DNA from: Pseudomonadota bacterium
Lineage (GTDB): Bacteria > Desulfobacterota > Desulfobacteria > Desulfobacterales > JBDRRP01
DNA length: 64,000 nucleotides
Direction: 5' to 3'
Assembly: GCA_043825735.1 (NCBI GenBank)
Contig: JBDRRP010000152.1
Coordinates: 1 to 64,000, forward strand
A program made the translations under genes and the position numbers. Shown in pieces: positions 49,158 to 58,959 of this stretch (positions within the stretch are counted from its first letter, which is position 1; each line of letters starts with the position of its first letter). The notes under the pieces were generated by a model. That model did not search any database. It saw only the letters and a list, made by a program, of their open reading frames with translations, and had not been told where the DNA came from.

Positions 49158-50855
49158 GTGACTGATACCGCACCGTTTGCAACGAAACCATGGCTCTCAC
49201 AGTACCAGGCGGGGGTTCCCGAAAAACTGGACTATGAAAACGCCTGCCTGCCTGAGTTTCTCGATCGCTCGGCCAAAGATTTCCCCGACGGAATGGCATT
49301 ATCATTTCAGGGTTACCGGGTCACCTATCGCCAACTAAAAGATATGGTGGATCGTTTTGCCACCGCCCTCAGCGGTTTCGGTGTGCGCAAAGGGGATGCG
49401 GTGGCCATACTGCTGCCCAACGTAATCCCTTGTGCGGTGGCCTATTATGCGATTTTGAAAATCGGCGGCATTTCAGTGATGAACAATCCGCTCTACTCGG
49501 ACCGTGAACTCAGCCACCAGTTCAACGATTCCGGTGCCAAGGTGCTGATAACCCTGGATCTGCTGGCCAAGCGCATGGTCGCCCTGCGCCCCAAGACCCA
49601 GATCCGCCAGATCGTGGTCACCTCCATCGGCGATTATCTGCCGTTCCCGAAGAACCTGCTCTTTCCGCTGGTGGGAAAAAAGAAGGGGCTGGCGGCCGAT
49701 GTCGCCCCGGCGGAAAATCTGTATCGCTGGAAAACCGTGTTGGCCGGTAGCGCACCGACACCACCGGCGGTCACCTTGAATTTCGACGATGTGGCCATGT
49801 ACCAGTACACCGGCGGCACCACCGGCGTATCCAAGGGCGTCATGCTCACCCACGGCAACCTGAGCCGCCAGGTGCAGCAGGTCCGGGCCTGGTTTCCCAC
49901 GTTTAATCGGGGAGAGGAAACCATGCTGGGCGCCCTGCCGTTTTTCCACGTGTTCGGGCTCACCGTGGCCATGAACTTTTCCATTTACATGGGCTGGGGT
50001 GACATTCTCGTGCCCAAACCCCAGCCGGACGCCCTTCTTGACGTCATCGCCAAGTTTCGGCCGACCTTTGCCCCGCTGGTCCCCACCATGTATATCGGCA
50101 TGCTAAACGACCCCACCATCAACGCCGTCGATATGACCTGCATCAAGGGATGTTTCAGTGGCAGCGCGCCGCTGCCGGTGGAAGTCATCAAGGCCTTCGA
50201 GGAGCGCACCGGGGCCATCATTGTCGAAGGCTTCGGCATGACCGAATCGAGCCCCGTGACCCACATCAACCCGTTTGCCCAGGGAAAACGAAAGGTGGGC
50301 AGCATCGGCCTGCCTATCACTGACACTGCCTGCCGCATTGTGAACCTTGAAGACGGCGAGACGGATATGCCCATCGGCGAATCCGGTGAATTGATTATCC
50401 AGGGGCCCCAGGTCATGAAAGGCTACTGGCAGCGTCCGGATGCGACAGCGGACACCATCAAGGACGGATGGCTGTACACCGGCGACATTGCCACCATGGA
50501 CAAGGACGGGTATTTCTACATCGTTGACCGAAAAAAGGACATGATCATCTCCGGCGGATATAACGTCTACCCCCGGGATATCGAAGAGGTCTTTTATGAA
50601 CACCCCAAAATCCAGGAGGCCACTGCCATCGGCGTGCCCCACGCCGCCCGCGGTGAACAGGTCAAAGTCTTTATCGTGTTGAAGGACGGTGAGACCGCCA
50701 CCATTCAGGAAATGCTCGACTATTGCAAGGACCGCCTGGCCAAGTACAAATGGCCCACCATGATCGAATTCCGCAAGGAACTGCCCAAAACCAACGTGGG
50801 TAAAGTGCTTAAAAAAGATCTCAGAGCCGAAGAACTGGCCAAGGTAAAAAAATAG
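49158..50855 (+). CDS. fadD: Long-chain fatty acid-CoA ligase
   Basis: YTGGTTGVSKG, EGFGMTE, TGD, DRKKD, LPKTNVGK. Confidence 0.92.
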   Translation: MTDTAPFATKPWLSQYQAGVPEKLDYENACLPEFLDRSAKDFPDGMALSFQGYRVTYRQLKDMVDRFATALSGFGVRKGDAVAILLPNVIPCAVAYYAILKIGGISVMNNPLYSDRELSHQFNDSGAKVLITLDLLAKRMVALRPKTQIRQIVVTSIGDYLPFPKNLLFPLVGKKKGLAADVAPAENLYRWKTVLAGSAPTPPAVTLNFDDVAMYQYTGGTTGVSKGVMLTHGNLSRQVQQVRAWFPTFNRGEETMLGALPFFHVFGLTVAMNFSIYMGWGDILVPKPQPDALLDVIAKFRPTFAPLVPTMYIGMLNDPTINAVDMTCIKGCFSGSAPLPVEVIKAFEERTGAIIVEGFGMTESSPVTHINPFAQGKRKVGSIGLPITDTACRIVNLEDGETDMPIGESGELIIQGPQVMKGYWQRPDATADTIKDGWLYTGDIATMDKDGYFYIVDRKKDMIISGGYNVYPRDIEEVFYEHPKIQEATAIGVPHAARGEQVKVFIVLKDGETATIQEMLDYCKDRLAKYKWPTMIEFRKELPKTNVGKVLKKDLRAEELAKVKK

Positions 50856-50923
50856 GGGATAACGCGCCGCTGCTCGAGATAGGGGCCTGAAAACATGTCT
50901 GATACAAAACGCATGGAATTATT

Positions 50924-50997
50924 GTAGGGGCAGGCCCCTGTGCCTGCCCCTGATATACCGGAAAAAACCGCAGGCAACCCCAGGGCGTTGCTCCTAC
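50924..50997. repeat. GTAG-type REP doublet
   Basis: GTAGGGGCAGGCCCCTGTGCCTGCCCC ... GGCAACCCCAGGGCGTTGCTCCTAC. Confidence 0.7.
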
Positions 50998-51047
50998 GGC
51001 AAAAAAAACGGTGGCCTCCTGCAGGAGGCCACCGTTTTTTTTGCCGT
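50996..51047. terminator. Bidirectional intrinsic terminator (perfect 52-bp palindrome)
   Basis: ACGGC-A8-CGGTGGCCTCCTG|CAGGAGGCCACCG-T8-GCCGT between convergent genes. Confidence 0.88.
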
Positions 51048-51089
51048 GACATATAAATTCGCTGTTCGCGCGAAGCGCACACAGCGAAT

Positions 51090-52904
51090 TTATCCGCCGA
51101 ACGATTCTTCGTCGATTTCCACTGCAGCGTTGCTCATGGACAAGATGGCCTTCATCTTCCCGAATGTGACCGGCAAAACGGCACTCATGAAGTACTCCGC
51201 GCTCTTCACCTGGCCCTGGTAGAAAGCCTCTTCCTTTTTCTTGACACCGGCGGCCAGTTTTTCCGCGGCGATGCTGGCACGCCAAAGCAGCATCCACGCC
51301 ATGACCACATCACCCGTCACTTCCAGAAAGGGATGCGCGTAGGCAAACGCGGTCATGACTTGAGGCGACATGGCAGTGGCCCCCATGTGCATCGCCACTT
51401 CTCCGAGCTTATTAAGGTGCTTTTCAACGGCCTCGGCCAGCGGCTGGGTGACTTCCTGCGCCTTGGCGGCAGCGATGGTCTTCTGCACTTCGCCCATGAG
51501 GTCCATCACCGGCTTGCCCTTTTTCATACCGAGTTTGCGCCCCAGCAGGTCCATGGCCTGAATGCCGTTGGTGCCTTCATAGATCATGGTAATGCGGCAG
51601 TCCCGGAGCAGCTGCTCCTGCGGGTATTCCTTGATGAAGCCATAGCCGCCGTATACCTGCATCCCCTCACTGCAGATCTCAAAAGCACGATCCGTCACAT
51701 AGCCCTTGGCTACCGGGGTCAGCACTTCGATCAGCCCCTGGTACATGTCCTTCACTTCCGGATCGTCGACGGTGTGGATCATATCCTCGCAGTAGGCTAC
51801 GTAGTAGAGCAGGCTGCGAATTCCCTCCACATAGGCTTTCATGCGAAGCAGCATGCGCCGCACATCCGGGTGCTGGATGATGGGCACCGACGGAGCGGAT
51901 TTGTCCATCATGGCGAGCAGGTTTTTTCCCTGCATCCGCTCGCGGGCATAGTTGACAGCGTTCAGATAGGAATTGGAAGCGCAGGCAAAACCCTGGAGTC
52001 CCACCAGCAGGCGGGCTTCGTTCATCATCAGGAACATCGCTCGCATGCCCTTGTTTTCCTCGCCCAGCAGGGTGCCTCGGCACTGCCCTTTGCCGCCCAG
52101 CGTCAGGCTGCAGGTGGAGTTGCCGTGGATCCCCATCTTTTCTTCAATACCGGTGCACACCACGTCGTTGGATTCGCCCAGACTGCCATCGTCGTTGACC
52201 CGGATCTTGGGAACGAGAAAAAGGGAAATCCCCTTGGTACCTTCCGGAGCCCCTTCGATCCGCGCCAGGACCGGATGAATGATATTTTCGGCCAAATCGT
52301 GCTCGCCGCCGGAGATAAATATCTTGCTGCCGGTGATGGAATAAGTGCCGTCATCGTTTTTCACGGCGCTTGTGGTCAGAGCACCCACGTCGGAGCCGGC
52401 TTCCGGTTCGGTCAGCAGCATGGTACCCGTCCATTTGCCGGAGTACATGTTTTTCAAAAATAATTTCTTCTGCGCGTCGGTACCAAAGCTTTCCACCAGC
52501 TTTCCGGCCCCGTGGGTCAGACCCGGGTACATCATGAAGGCAAAGTTGGCGCCCACCATATAATCGCTGGCAGCCATGGCCACCGACTTGGGCATCCCCT
52601 GCCCGCCCCATTCGGGGTCTTCGCTCATGGCCAGCCACTCCCCTTCTCGGATCAGCTCGAACGGTTTGTGGAAGCATTCGGGAACCGTGACCACGCCATT
52701 GTTGAGTGTGCATCCGATCTCATCGCCTTCCTTGTTGGTGGGCAGGATCTCCTTGATGGCCAGATTCCGAGCTTCTTTGACGATCATATCGACGGTCTTT
52801 TTGTTGAATTCGGCATATTTTTCATGCGCGCTGAACTGATCGACCGATAGTTGCTCGTGGAGAACAAATTGGATGTCCCGCAAGTCTGCAATTTGCTGTG
52901 CCAT
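51090..52904 (-). CDS. Acyl-CoA dehydrogenase (long FadE-like)
   Basis: LTEPEAGSD, GSKIFIS, KMGIHG, QVYGGYG, IYEGTNGIQ. Confidence 0.93.
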   Translation of the reverse strand: MAQQIADLRDIQFVLHEQLSVDQFSAHEKYAEFNKKTVDMIVKEARNLAIKEILPTNKEGDEIGCTLNNGVVTVPECFHKPFELIREGEWLAMSEDPEWGGQGMPKSVAMAASDYMVGANFAFMMYPGLTHGAGKLVESFGTDAQKKLFLKNMYSGKWTGTMLLTEPEAGSDVGALTTSAVKNDDGTYSITGSKIFISGGEHDLAENIIHPVLARIEGAPEGTKGISLFLVPKIRVNDDGSLGESNDVVCTGIEEKMGIHGNSTCSLTLGGKGQCRGTLLGEENKGMRAMFLMMNEARLLVGLQGFACASNSYLNAVNYARERMQGKNLLAMMDKSAPSVPIIQHPDVRRMLLRMKAYVEGIRSLLYYVAYCEDMIHTVDDPEVKDMYQGLIEVLTPVAKGYVTDRAFEICSEGMQVYGGYGFIKEYPQEQLLRDCRITMIYEGTNGIQAMDLLGRKLGMKKGKPVMDLMGEVQKTIAAAKAQEVTQPLAEAVEKHLNKLGEVAMHMGATAMSPQVMTAFAYAHPFLEVTGDVVMAWMLLWRASIAAEKLAAGVKKKEEAFYQGQVKSAEYFMSAVLPVTFGKMKAILSMSNAAVEIDEESFGG

Positions 52905-52951
52905 GGTTGTTTTTCTCCTTCAATGGGGGGGTTATATAACCATTGTTACGC

Positions 52952-53575
52952 TTATTCTTTAGTGTCGGACGGTGGTTCATCGCCGGTAACCGCGATGCCG
53001 CGCATGAACAAGTCCACCAGGGGACCGGCCATGGAACTCAGATCGTACTTTCCCTCCGAGTGAAGCCAGGTATTGATCACTTCGTCGACGGCACCAATGA
53101 TGAAGCGCTTGACCAAGCTGACGTACAAGTCCTTGCGGATGCGCCCCTCCTGCTGCCCTTGTTCGATGATTTCGGATACCAGATCATGGTAGAGCTTCGA
53201 CATCTCTCGAATCTGCTCCTCGCACATCCGGCTCATCCGCCGGGTCTCCGCCTGATAGACCACTGCCATATGCCGGTCGCGCTGGAACTCCTCCAGGTGA
53301 TGCTGAATCAGGCAGCGCAGCTTTTCATCGGCCCCCTGGGCCTGGTCCACCACTTCTCTAAAATGGGCGAACACCTGGCGGGTCTTGTTGCCGAAAAAAC
53401 TGGCCATGATGTCGTCTTTGTTCTTGAAATACAGATAGATGGTTCCGTCTGCGACACCTGCCGCACGGGCGATCTGGCTGATAGTCGCCTGGTGAAACCC
53501 CTGTTCTGCAAAGACCTGGATGGCGGCATCCAGGATCCGCTGGTATTTGTCGTTGCTTTTAATTCGAGTACTGAT
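52952..53575 (-). CDS. TetR-family fatty-acid metabolism regulator (Bacillus FadR/YsiA-like); start probably ATC 53575 (track: ATG 53632)
   Basis: [47 protein letters not shown] 5 nt before ATC. Confidence 0.85.
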   Translation of the reverse strand: MSTRIKSNDKYQRILDAAIQVFAEQGFHQATISQIARAAGVADGTIYLYFKNKDDIMASFFGNKTRQVFAHFREVVDQAQGADEKLRCLIQHHLEEFQRDRHMAVVYQAETRRMSRMCEEQIREMSKLYHDLVSEIIEQGQQEGRIRKDLYVSLVKRFIIGAVDEVINTWLHSEGKYDLSSMAGPLVDLFMRGIAVTGDEPPSDTKE

Positions 53576-53613
53576 GGCAGACCTCCTTTTGGGACAACCG
53601 TCAACGCTCCTAA

Positions 53614-53659
53614 TGAATGAACACTCATTCATTTATCAGACAGGCGGTTTCGCTGTCAA
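53614..53659 (-). promoter_or_regulatory. Promoter and FadR-type operator of the TetR gene
   Basis: TTGACA (53659-53654)-N17-ATAAAT; operator TGAATGAACACTCATTCA 53614-53631. Confidence 0.8.
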
Positions 53660-53973
53660 CCCCCATTATGGGGGCGTCGCGGATCATAAAAATACCCACT
53701 ATCGCTCTTTTTATCAGTGAGTTAGTTCTGCCCTTGAAAAACCGACAACGGCCGATCGACTCCGCCTCAGCGCGGTTCGTTGGCAATTGAACAATTATTC
53801 AAAACTATTGGATTGAGCTGGGGAGGAACCAACCGGGAGATGCTGAGCCTGATGCAGCGAGTGCCGGAAAGCCGTAAACAGGACGCCAACGGCACCGTGT
53901 CGGTGGGGGGTGCTATACTAACCAAAACACTGATAAGAAAATCGATCCCTGCGGCACCGAATACCTTTTCCGC

Positions 53974-55497
53974 TTAAACCGAATCCTGCGCCGTGGCCCG
54001 AACCGGTAGAAGCACGGTAAACGTGCTTCCCTCTCCGGGGACGCTTTCCACCTGAATAAAGCCGCCTAAAGAATCCACCAGTCCCTTGACGATGGGCAGC
54101 CCCAGTCCGGTGCCGGTGATAAAGCGGGTCTTATCATTTTTAACGCGATAAAACCGCTCAAAAATCTTATCGATATACGCTGCATCAATGCCAAATCCGT
54201 CATCGGCGACGGTCACGCGCACGTTCAAACCGGCGGTTTCGGCGACGACGCGGATATGGCCGCCTTCAGGGGTGTAGTTGATGGCATTGGTAATAAGGTT
54301 GCCGAAGATGCTTTCCAGCGCCAGGGGGTCGGCGGTCAGGACGGGCAGAGGCTGCTGGGGGATGTTCAGTTCAAGGCGCTGCCCCTTGGCCGAGGCCTGG
54401 ACATTCAGATACTCAACGACGTTTTTCAACACTTCTTCCGGATTCACCGGGCGAGGCTCCCGGCAGATGATGCCTTCCTCGATGCGAGACAGGTCCAGCA
54501 GATCCCCGATCATGGAAATCAGCCCCTTGGTCTTTTCCTTTGCCCGCACCAGGATCTGCTTGTCCACATCCTTGGGATCCTCCTGGCCGGTCTCTGCGAT
54601 CATGTCGTTGAGGACATACGCCAGCTGCTCATGGATGGTGGATAGCGGCGAGCGCAGCTCATGGGATACTTTGGCGACAAACTCAGATTTGAGACGGTCC
54701 AGCACCTTCATCGTGGTGATGTCGACAAGATTGAGAACCGCGCCGAGGCACTCGCGGCGCTCACCCAATACCGGCTGGCCGCGGGCCAACAGGTAGCGGC
54801 CGTTTTCCAGAACAAATTCATGGGTGGGTATATCTTCGTAATCCACATGCCGCCCTTGAGATATTTCCTTGACCAACCGGCACAATTCCTTGTCCGGAAG
54901 ATAGTCGTCGATGAGGTCTCCGGTCGCGCGCTCCGGGCTGATGCCCAAATAATGAAGAAACGCCGGATTCATTAGAACCACCCGACCGTCGGTGTTGGTA
55001 ACCACCACCCCGTTGGGTAAAAACTCAAGAATTGACCGGGTGCGGCTTTTTTCCGCGTCCAGATCGGAAAGGGTTCTCTGGCGTTCCCTGGCCAGTTGGA
55101 TGGCCTCGGTGGCCAGCCGCACTTTCTCTGCGGCCCGGTTGACGACGATACGGAGTTGGTCCGGTTCAAAGGGTTTGGAAATAAAGTCATAAGCGCCGTG
55201 TTTCATGGCTTGGATGGCCGTCTCCACAGTGGCATAGCCGGTGATCACGATCACCAGGATCGTTGCGTCCATCGTGACAATTTCTTTAAGCACGTCCATG
55301 CCATCCATGCCTGGCATCTTCAGATCGAGCAAAACGATGGCGGCTCTATCATTGGCCAGCAGCGCCAGGGCCTCTTCTCCACGGGAGGCTTGCAGAACCT
55401 GAAAGCCCATTCGGTTGAGGATCCGCTGCGAACCCTCCCGAATGTCTTGCTCGTCATCCACGACCAATACGCGAATCGTTTCCAAGCCGTTATCCAC
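53974..55497 (-). CDS. Hybrid REC-PAS-histidine kinase
   Basis: VVDDE..DLKMP..KPF; SHELRSPL; NAINY, DDGFG, GTGLGL. Confidence 0.92.
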   Translation of the reverse strand: MDNGLETIRVLVVDDEQDIREGSQRILNRMGFQVLQASRGEEALALLANDRAAIVLLDLKMPGMDGMDVLKEIVTMDATILVIVITGYATVETAIQAMKHGAYDFISKPFEPDQLRIVVNRAAEKVRLATEAIQLARERQRTLSDLDAEKSRTRSILEFLPNGVVVTNTDGRVVLMNPAFLHYLGISPERATGDLIDDYLPDKELCRLVKEISQGRHVDYEDIPTHEFVLENGRYLLARGQPVLGERRECLGAVLNLVDITTMKVLDRLKSEFVAKVSHELRSPLSTIHEQLAYVLNDMIAETGQEDPKDVDKQILVRAKEKTKGLISMIGDLLDLSRIEEGIICREPRPVNPEEVLKNVVEYLNVQASAKGQRLELNIPQQPLPVLTADPLALESIFGNLITNAINYTPEGGHIRVVAETAGLNVRVTVADDGFGIDAAYIDKIFERFYRVKNDKTRFITGTGLGLPIVKGLVDSLGGFIQVESVPGEGSTFTVLLPVRATAQDSV

Positions 55498-56974
55498 GGT
55501 GTTCTCCTTTGAGCGCCGGTAATGTCAGGGGAAGTTCAATTCTAAATGTCGTGCCGCGGCCGGGCTTGCTGGTGGCCTTGACGACGCCGCCGTGATTTTC
55601 CACAATATTGTAAACCAGGCTGAGCCCCAGGCCGGTCCCCTTGCCTTCCTCTTTCGTGGTAAAAAAAGGGTCGAAAATGTGCGGCAGCACATCATCGGCA
55701 ATGCCGGAACCGGTATCGGTGATCTCGATGCCCACGCGTTCGGTATCAGATAGAAGAAATGTGCGAAGGGTCAGGGTGCCCTTGCCATCCATGGCTTGGG
55801 CGGCATTGAGCACGAGATTCATGATCATGTGGTTGATCTGCTGGATGTCACAGAGCACTGTCGGCAGGGGCTCGGCCAGATCCTTCACGATCTCGACGTT
55901 TTGAAACAGGCTCTGGCGCTCCAGCAAAAACAGTGTGCGCGAGATCGCCTTGTTTATATCCTGGGGATTCATGAGGTGCCGCGTCTGGCGCGTAAACTCA
56001 AGCAACTCCTTGACCGTGTCACGGCAACGTTCGGCATCTTTCAAAACGCGCTCCAAGTCATTTACCGCGCCCTCGGGCAGATCATATTCTTCCATCACCA
56101 GCTTGGTGAAAAGCGTGATGCCGCCCAGTGGATTGTTCAGTTGGTGGGCAACGCCCGCGGCCAGTTTGCCCAATGACGCCATTTTTTCCGCCTGATGCAA
56201 TTGAATTTTGGTCTTCTCGTATTTTTCAACCATGCTGAGTTCTTCCCGCAGGTCGTGGAAAAAACCGATGGTGGCCACTTCACGATCTTTTTCATACACG
56301 ATGGCGGCATTCAGGCTGATCGGGACCAGTTCTCCATCCTTGCGCCGGGAATCCACCGGGTAGGACTTCAGTTTTCCGCGCCCGCCGAAATCGTCACTGC
56401 GCAGGTCGTGCATCACCCGGTATGCCACCCCCTCCGGGTAGATGTCGCGGATATTGAGCTGATGAAGGGCCTCGTCCTCGCTGTAGCCGGAGATATGAGA
56501 AGCGGACACATTGAAAATGAGTATTTTCCCGGTCAGATCAGCGGCAATGACACCATCCACCGAACTGCGGATCAAATTGCGCAACAGGGCGTTGGACTGC
56601 TGGAGCACACGCTCGATCCCCCCGCTGGTAGGAATATCGAAATCCATGCTCACCAAGGCCTCCACCCGGTCGCCGTCCATAATCGGATAGGCGTACAGGC
56701 AGGGCATGCGGCCCAGGTCAATCTCTTCGCTCTCCTTGGGCCGCAGTGTGGGACGGCGGTTGTCGTGGGCATCCTTGATGGCGCAGGTCTGGCACGGAGT
56801 GCCGCGCTGGTAGAACACCTGGTGGCACAACTTTCCGACAAAACCCGACAGGGACTGTCCGTCAGGGTTTCGGTTGGCCGCCAGGATTTCAAACTGGGGG
56901 GATACGACGATCAGCCGCCGTCTAAATGCGTCGATGGCTTTGAGCAAGCAATCTTTTTCAGCTTCCGTGCGCAT
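55490..56974 (-). CDS. PAS-domain sensor histidine kinase
   Basis: AHQLNNPL, NAAQA, DTGSG, GTGLGL; N-terminal CH..C..C; start uncertain (56974/56986 rather than 57115). Confidence 0.88.
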   Translation of the reverse strand: MRTEAEKDCLLKAIDAFRRRLIVVSPQFEILAANRNPDGQSLSGFVGKLCHQVFYQRGTPCQTCAIKDAHDNRRPTLRPKESEEIDLGRMPCLYAYPIMDGDRVEALVSMDFDIPTSGGIERVLQQSNALLRNLIRSSVDGVIAADLTGKILIFNVSASHISGYSEDEALHQLNIRDIYPEGVAYRVMHDLRSDDFGGRGKLKSYPVDSRRKDGELVPISLNAAIVYEKDREVATIGFFHDLREELSMVEKYEKTKIQLHQAEKMASLGKLAAGVAHQLNNPLGGITLFTKLVMEEYDLPEGAVNDLERVLKDAERCRDTVKELLEFTRQTRHLMNPQDINKAISRTLFLLERQSLFQNVEIVKDLAEPLPTVLCDIQQINHMIMNLVLNAAQAMDGKGTLTLRTFLLSDTERVGIEITDTGSGIADDVLPHIFDPFFTTKEEGKGTGLGLSLVYNIVENHGGVVKATSKPGRGTTFRIELPLTLPALKGEHRG

Positions 56975-57145
56975 CGTCAGGACCATCCACTCGTTGATGC
57001 TTCGCAAGAGGGCCTTTGGAAAGCCTTTAAAAATAAGGCATACTTGCCGGCAAAAAGCAATTACAAGAGGGCCGGCGATCGCCCCCGTGGCCTCCTCGCC
57101 CAGCGCGTGTAGCATAGGAGCCTCATGCGCGGCATCGGGCCAGTC

Positions 57146-57967
57146 TCAAGCACTGCCCTTCCCCAAGGCGGCCAGAAACTCGTCAGGGTGTACCTGGAGC
57201 CCGGTCCATAACGCAAATGTGCGCCGCGCCTGATAGGCCAGTGCCGGAAGGCCGTCTACAAACCGGATCCCCAGTCGGATAGCGGCCTGCTCCCAAATAT
57301 TCAGCCGGCGCCCGTAGTTGAGATCCATCATCAATTGGCCCCGGGGCAGTGTGAGTCCTAACGCCAACTCGGCCAACTCCGGAGCCTCTTCGGCGCTGGA
57401 GGCCGATGTGGCGTTGACGACCAGTTCCACCGCAAGTGGCTCTGCGGCCACCTGATCCAGCGATACCGATTTGCCGCCGAAACGATTCACCAAATTGTCC
57501 ACACCCACCGCGTTGCGTCCGGTGATGAAAACGGTGTCGGCCCGCAGCCAGTTCAGAATAAAGGCAACAGCCTTTGCCGCCCCCCCGGTTCCAATGACCA
57601 GCGCCGATTTGCCGGCGATGTCGAAACCAATCTCAGATAGGGCATCCATAATACCGATGGCGTTGGTATTGTACCCTTTGAGCTGGCTGCCCGTACACAC
57701 GATGGTGTTGATGGCCCCGATAATATTGGCGCCTTCGGAAAGAATGTCCAGAAAAGGGATCACCGCCTCTTTGTATGGCACCGTGACATTGGCACCGGCG
57801 ATGTTGAGGTACTTGAGACTCTGCAGGGCATGACCGAGGTTTTCGGGGGCCACTTTAAACGGCACGTAAGCCCCCTTGATGCCGTTTCGCGCCAAGACAG
57901 CAGAAAACATGGCCGGGGATCGGGACAGGTAGGCGCGCTCATCGCTGAGGATGCAAAATACCTTCAT
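57146..57967 (-). CDS. Shikimate dehydrogenase-like protein (divergent active site)
   Basis: SRSP, NVTVPYK, GAINT, YNTN (usually NTD), GTGGAA, VNATS, DLNY. Confidence 0.85.
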   Translation of the reverse strand: MKVFCILSDERAYLSRSPAMFSAVLARNGIKGAYVPFKVAPENLGHALQSLKYLNIAGANVTVPYKEAVIPFLDILSEGANIIGAINTIVCTGSQLKGYNTNAIGIMDALSEIGFDIAGKSALVIGTGGAAKAVAFILNWLRADTVFITGRNAVGVDNLVNRFGGKSVSLDQVAAEPLAVELVVNATSASSAEEAPELAELALGLTLPRGQLMMDLNYGRRLNIWEQAAIRLGIRFVDGLPALAYQARRTFALWTGLQVHPDEFLAALGKGSA

Positions 57968-58059
57968 TGGTTAACCATGGGGATCATCTCCCGAATAGCG
58001 GGTCGATGAATCGGGGCCCAAGGGCATGGCCGCCGCCGCTGTGTGGAAGGCTCAAGTAA

Positions 58060-58265
58060 GATGGTCTCGTAAAAAGTCGAATCCCTCCTTTTTGCGTCAT
58101 CCCGGACGAGGGAAACGAGATCCGGGATCCAGTGATTTCATGCACTTCTGGACCCCGGCCTTCGCCGGGGTGACGGCTTTAGGGACTTTTACAGTATCGT
58201 CAAGTAAGGTGAGCCCGTAAAAAGTCGGAACCTTTGCGAGAGAATTGTTTTTTTGCGAGTTTGTC
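58060..58265. mobile_element. Tandem pair of family A miniature elements
   Basis: 58060-58201 and 58208-58265; AAGTAA at 58054, 58202, 58266; first carries CGTCATCCCGG..CCGGGGTGACG REP doublet. Confidence 0.8.
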
Positions 58266-58492
58266 AAGTAAGCGCCATTTCGTAAGCGGTCGGTGATGTG
58301 TGGCCTGACATGCTGCTGAAAAAAGCGCCGCAGTCATCGAAGCATGCCCTTGCGCCATTATTAGAAGAACTTCGGCGCATCCCCGAGTCGGCAAATTCCC
58401 TGGGCCCTATAATTGGGTCTTTCAACAGCCTGCCAAAGGCCGATGGCGTCCGGCGGCGATCGGTGCGCAGCCCGACGAGTCCGTCCCGGGTA

Positions 58493-58882
58493 TCACAGGT
58501 TGAGCAATTGTTTGATGCTTCGGGTAATTTCCTCGGCTGACGCCGGTTTGGCGATGTAGTCGTCCGCCTCGGTCGCCATACCGTCCGCATGGGAGTAGCG
58601 CGTGGAGGTGACATGAGAGGCCACCGCCGTGAGCAGAATCACGGGAATGTTGCAATAGTTATCATCGCCTTTGAGCTGGGAGCACACCTTGTAGCCGTCC
58701 ATCTCGGGCATCATCACATCCAGAACAATGGCATCGGGCGGGTTGGCCTTCACCTTTTCAAGCCCTTCGACGCCGTTGTAGGCCACGTCAACCGTAAAAC
58801 CTTCCTTTTCCAAGTTTCCTTGAACAATGGCCGCAAAATCCGGCTCATCGTCCACGACCAGGATACGTTTTTGAAGTGTCAT
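58493..58882 (-). CDS. Single-domain response regulator
   Basis: VVDDE, LDVMMP, LTA, AKP; start revised to ATG 58882 with AAGGAGG. Confidence 0.9.
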   Translation of the reverse strand: MTLQKRILVVDDEPDFAAIVQGNLEKEGFTVDVAYNGVEGLEKVKANPPDAIVLDVMMPEMDGYKVCSQLKGDDNYCNIPVILLTAVASHVTSTRYSHADGMATEADDYIAKPASAEEITRSIKQLLNL

Positions 58883-58959
58883 GATAGTCCTCCTTTGGTT
58901 GTTACCGCGACGTCGAGCGTTATGATCGTTTCCCGTGGCGGCGCGTGTTCCCTCGCACG

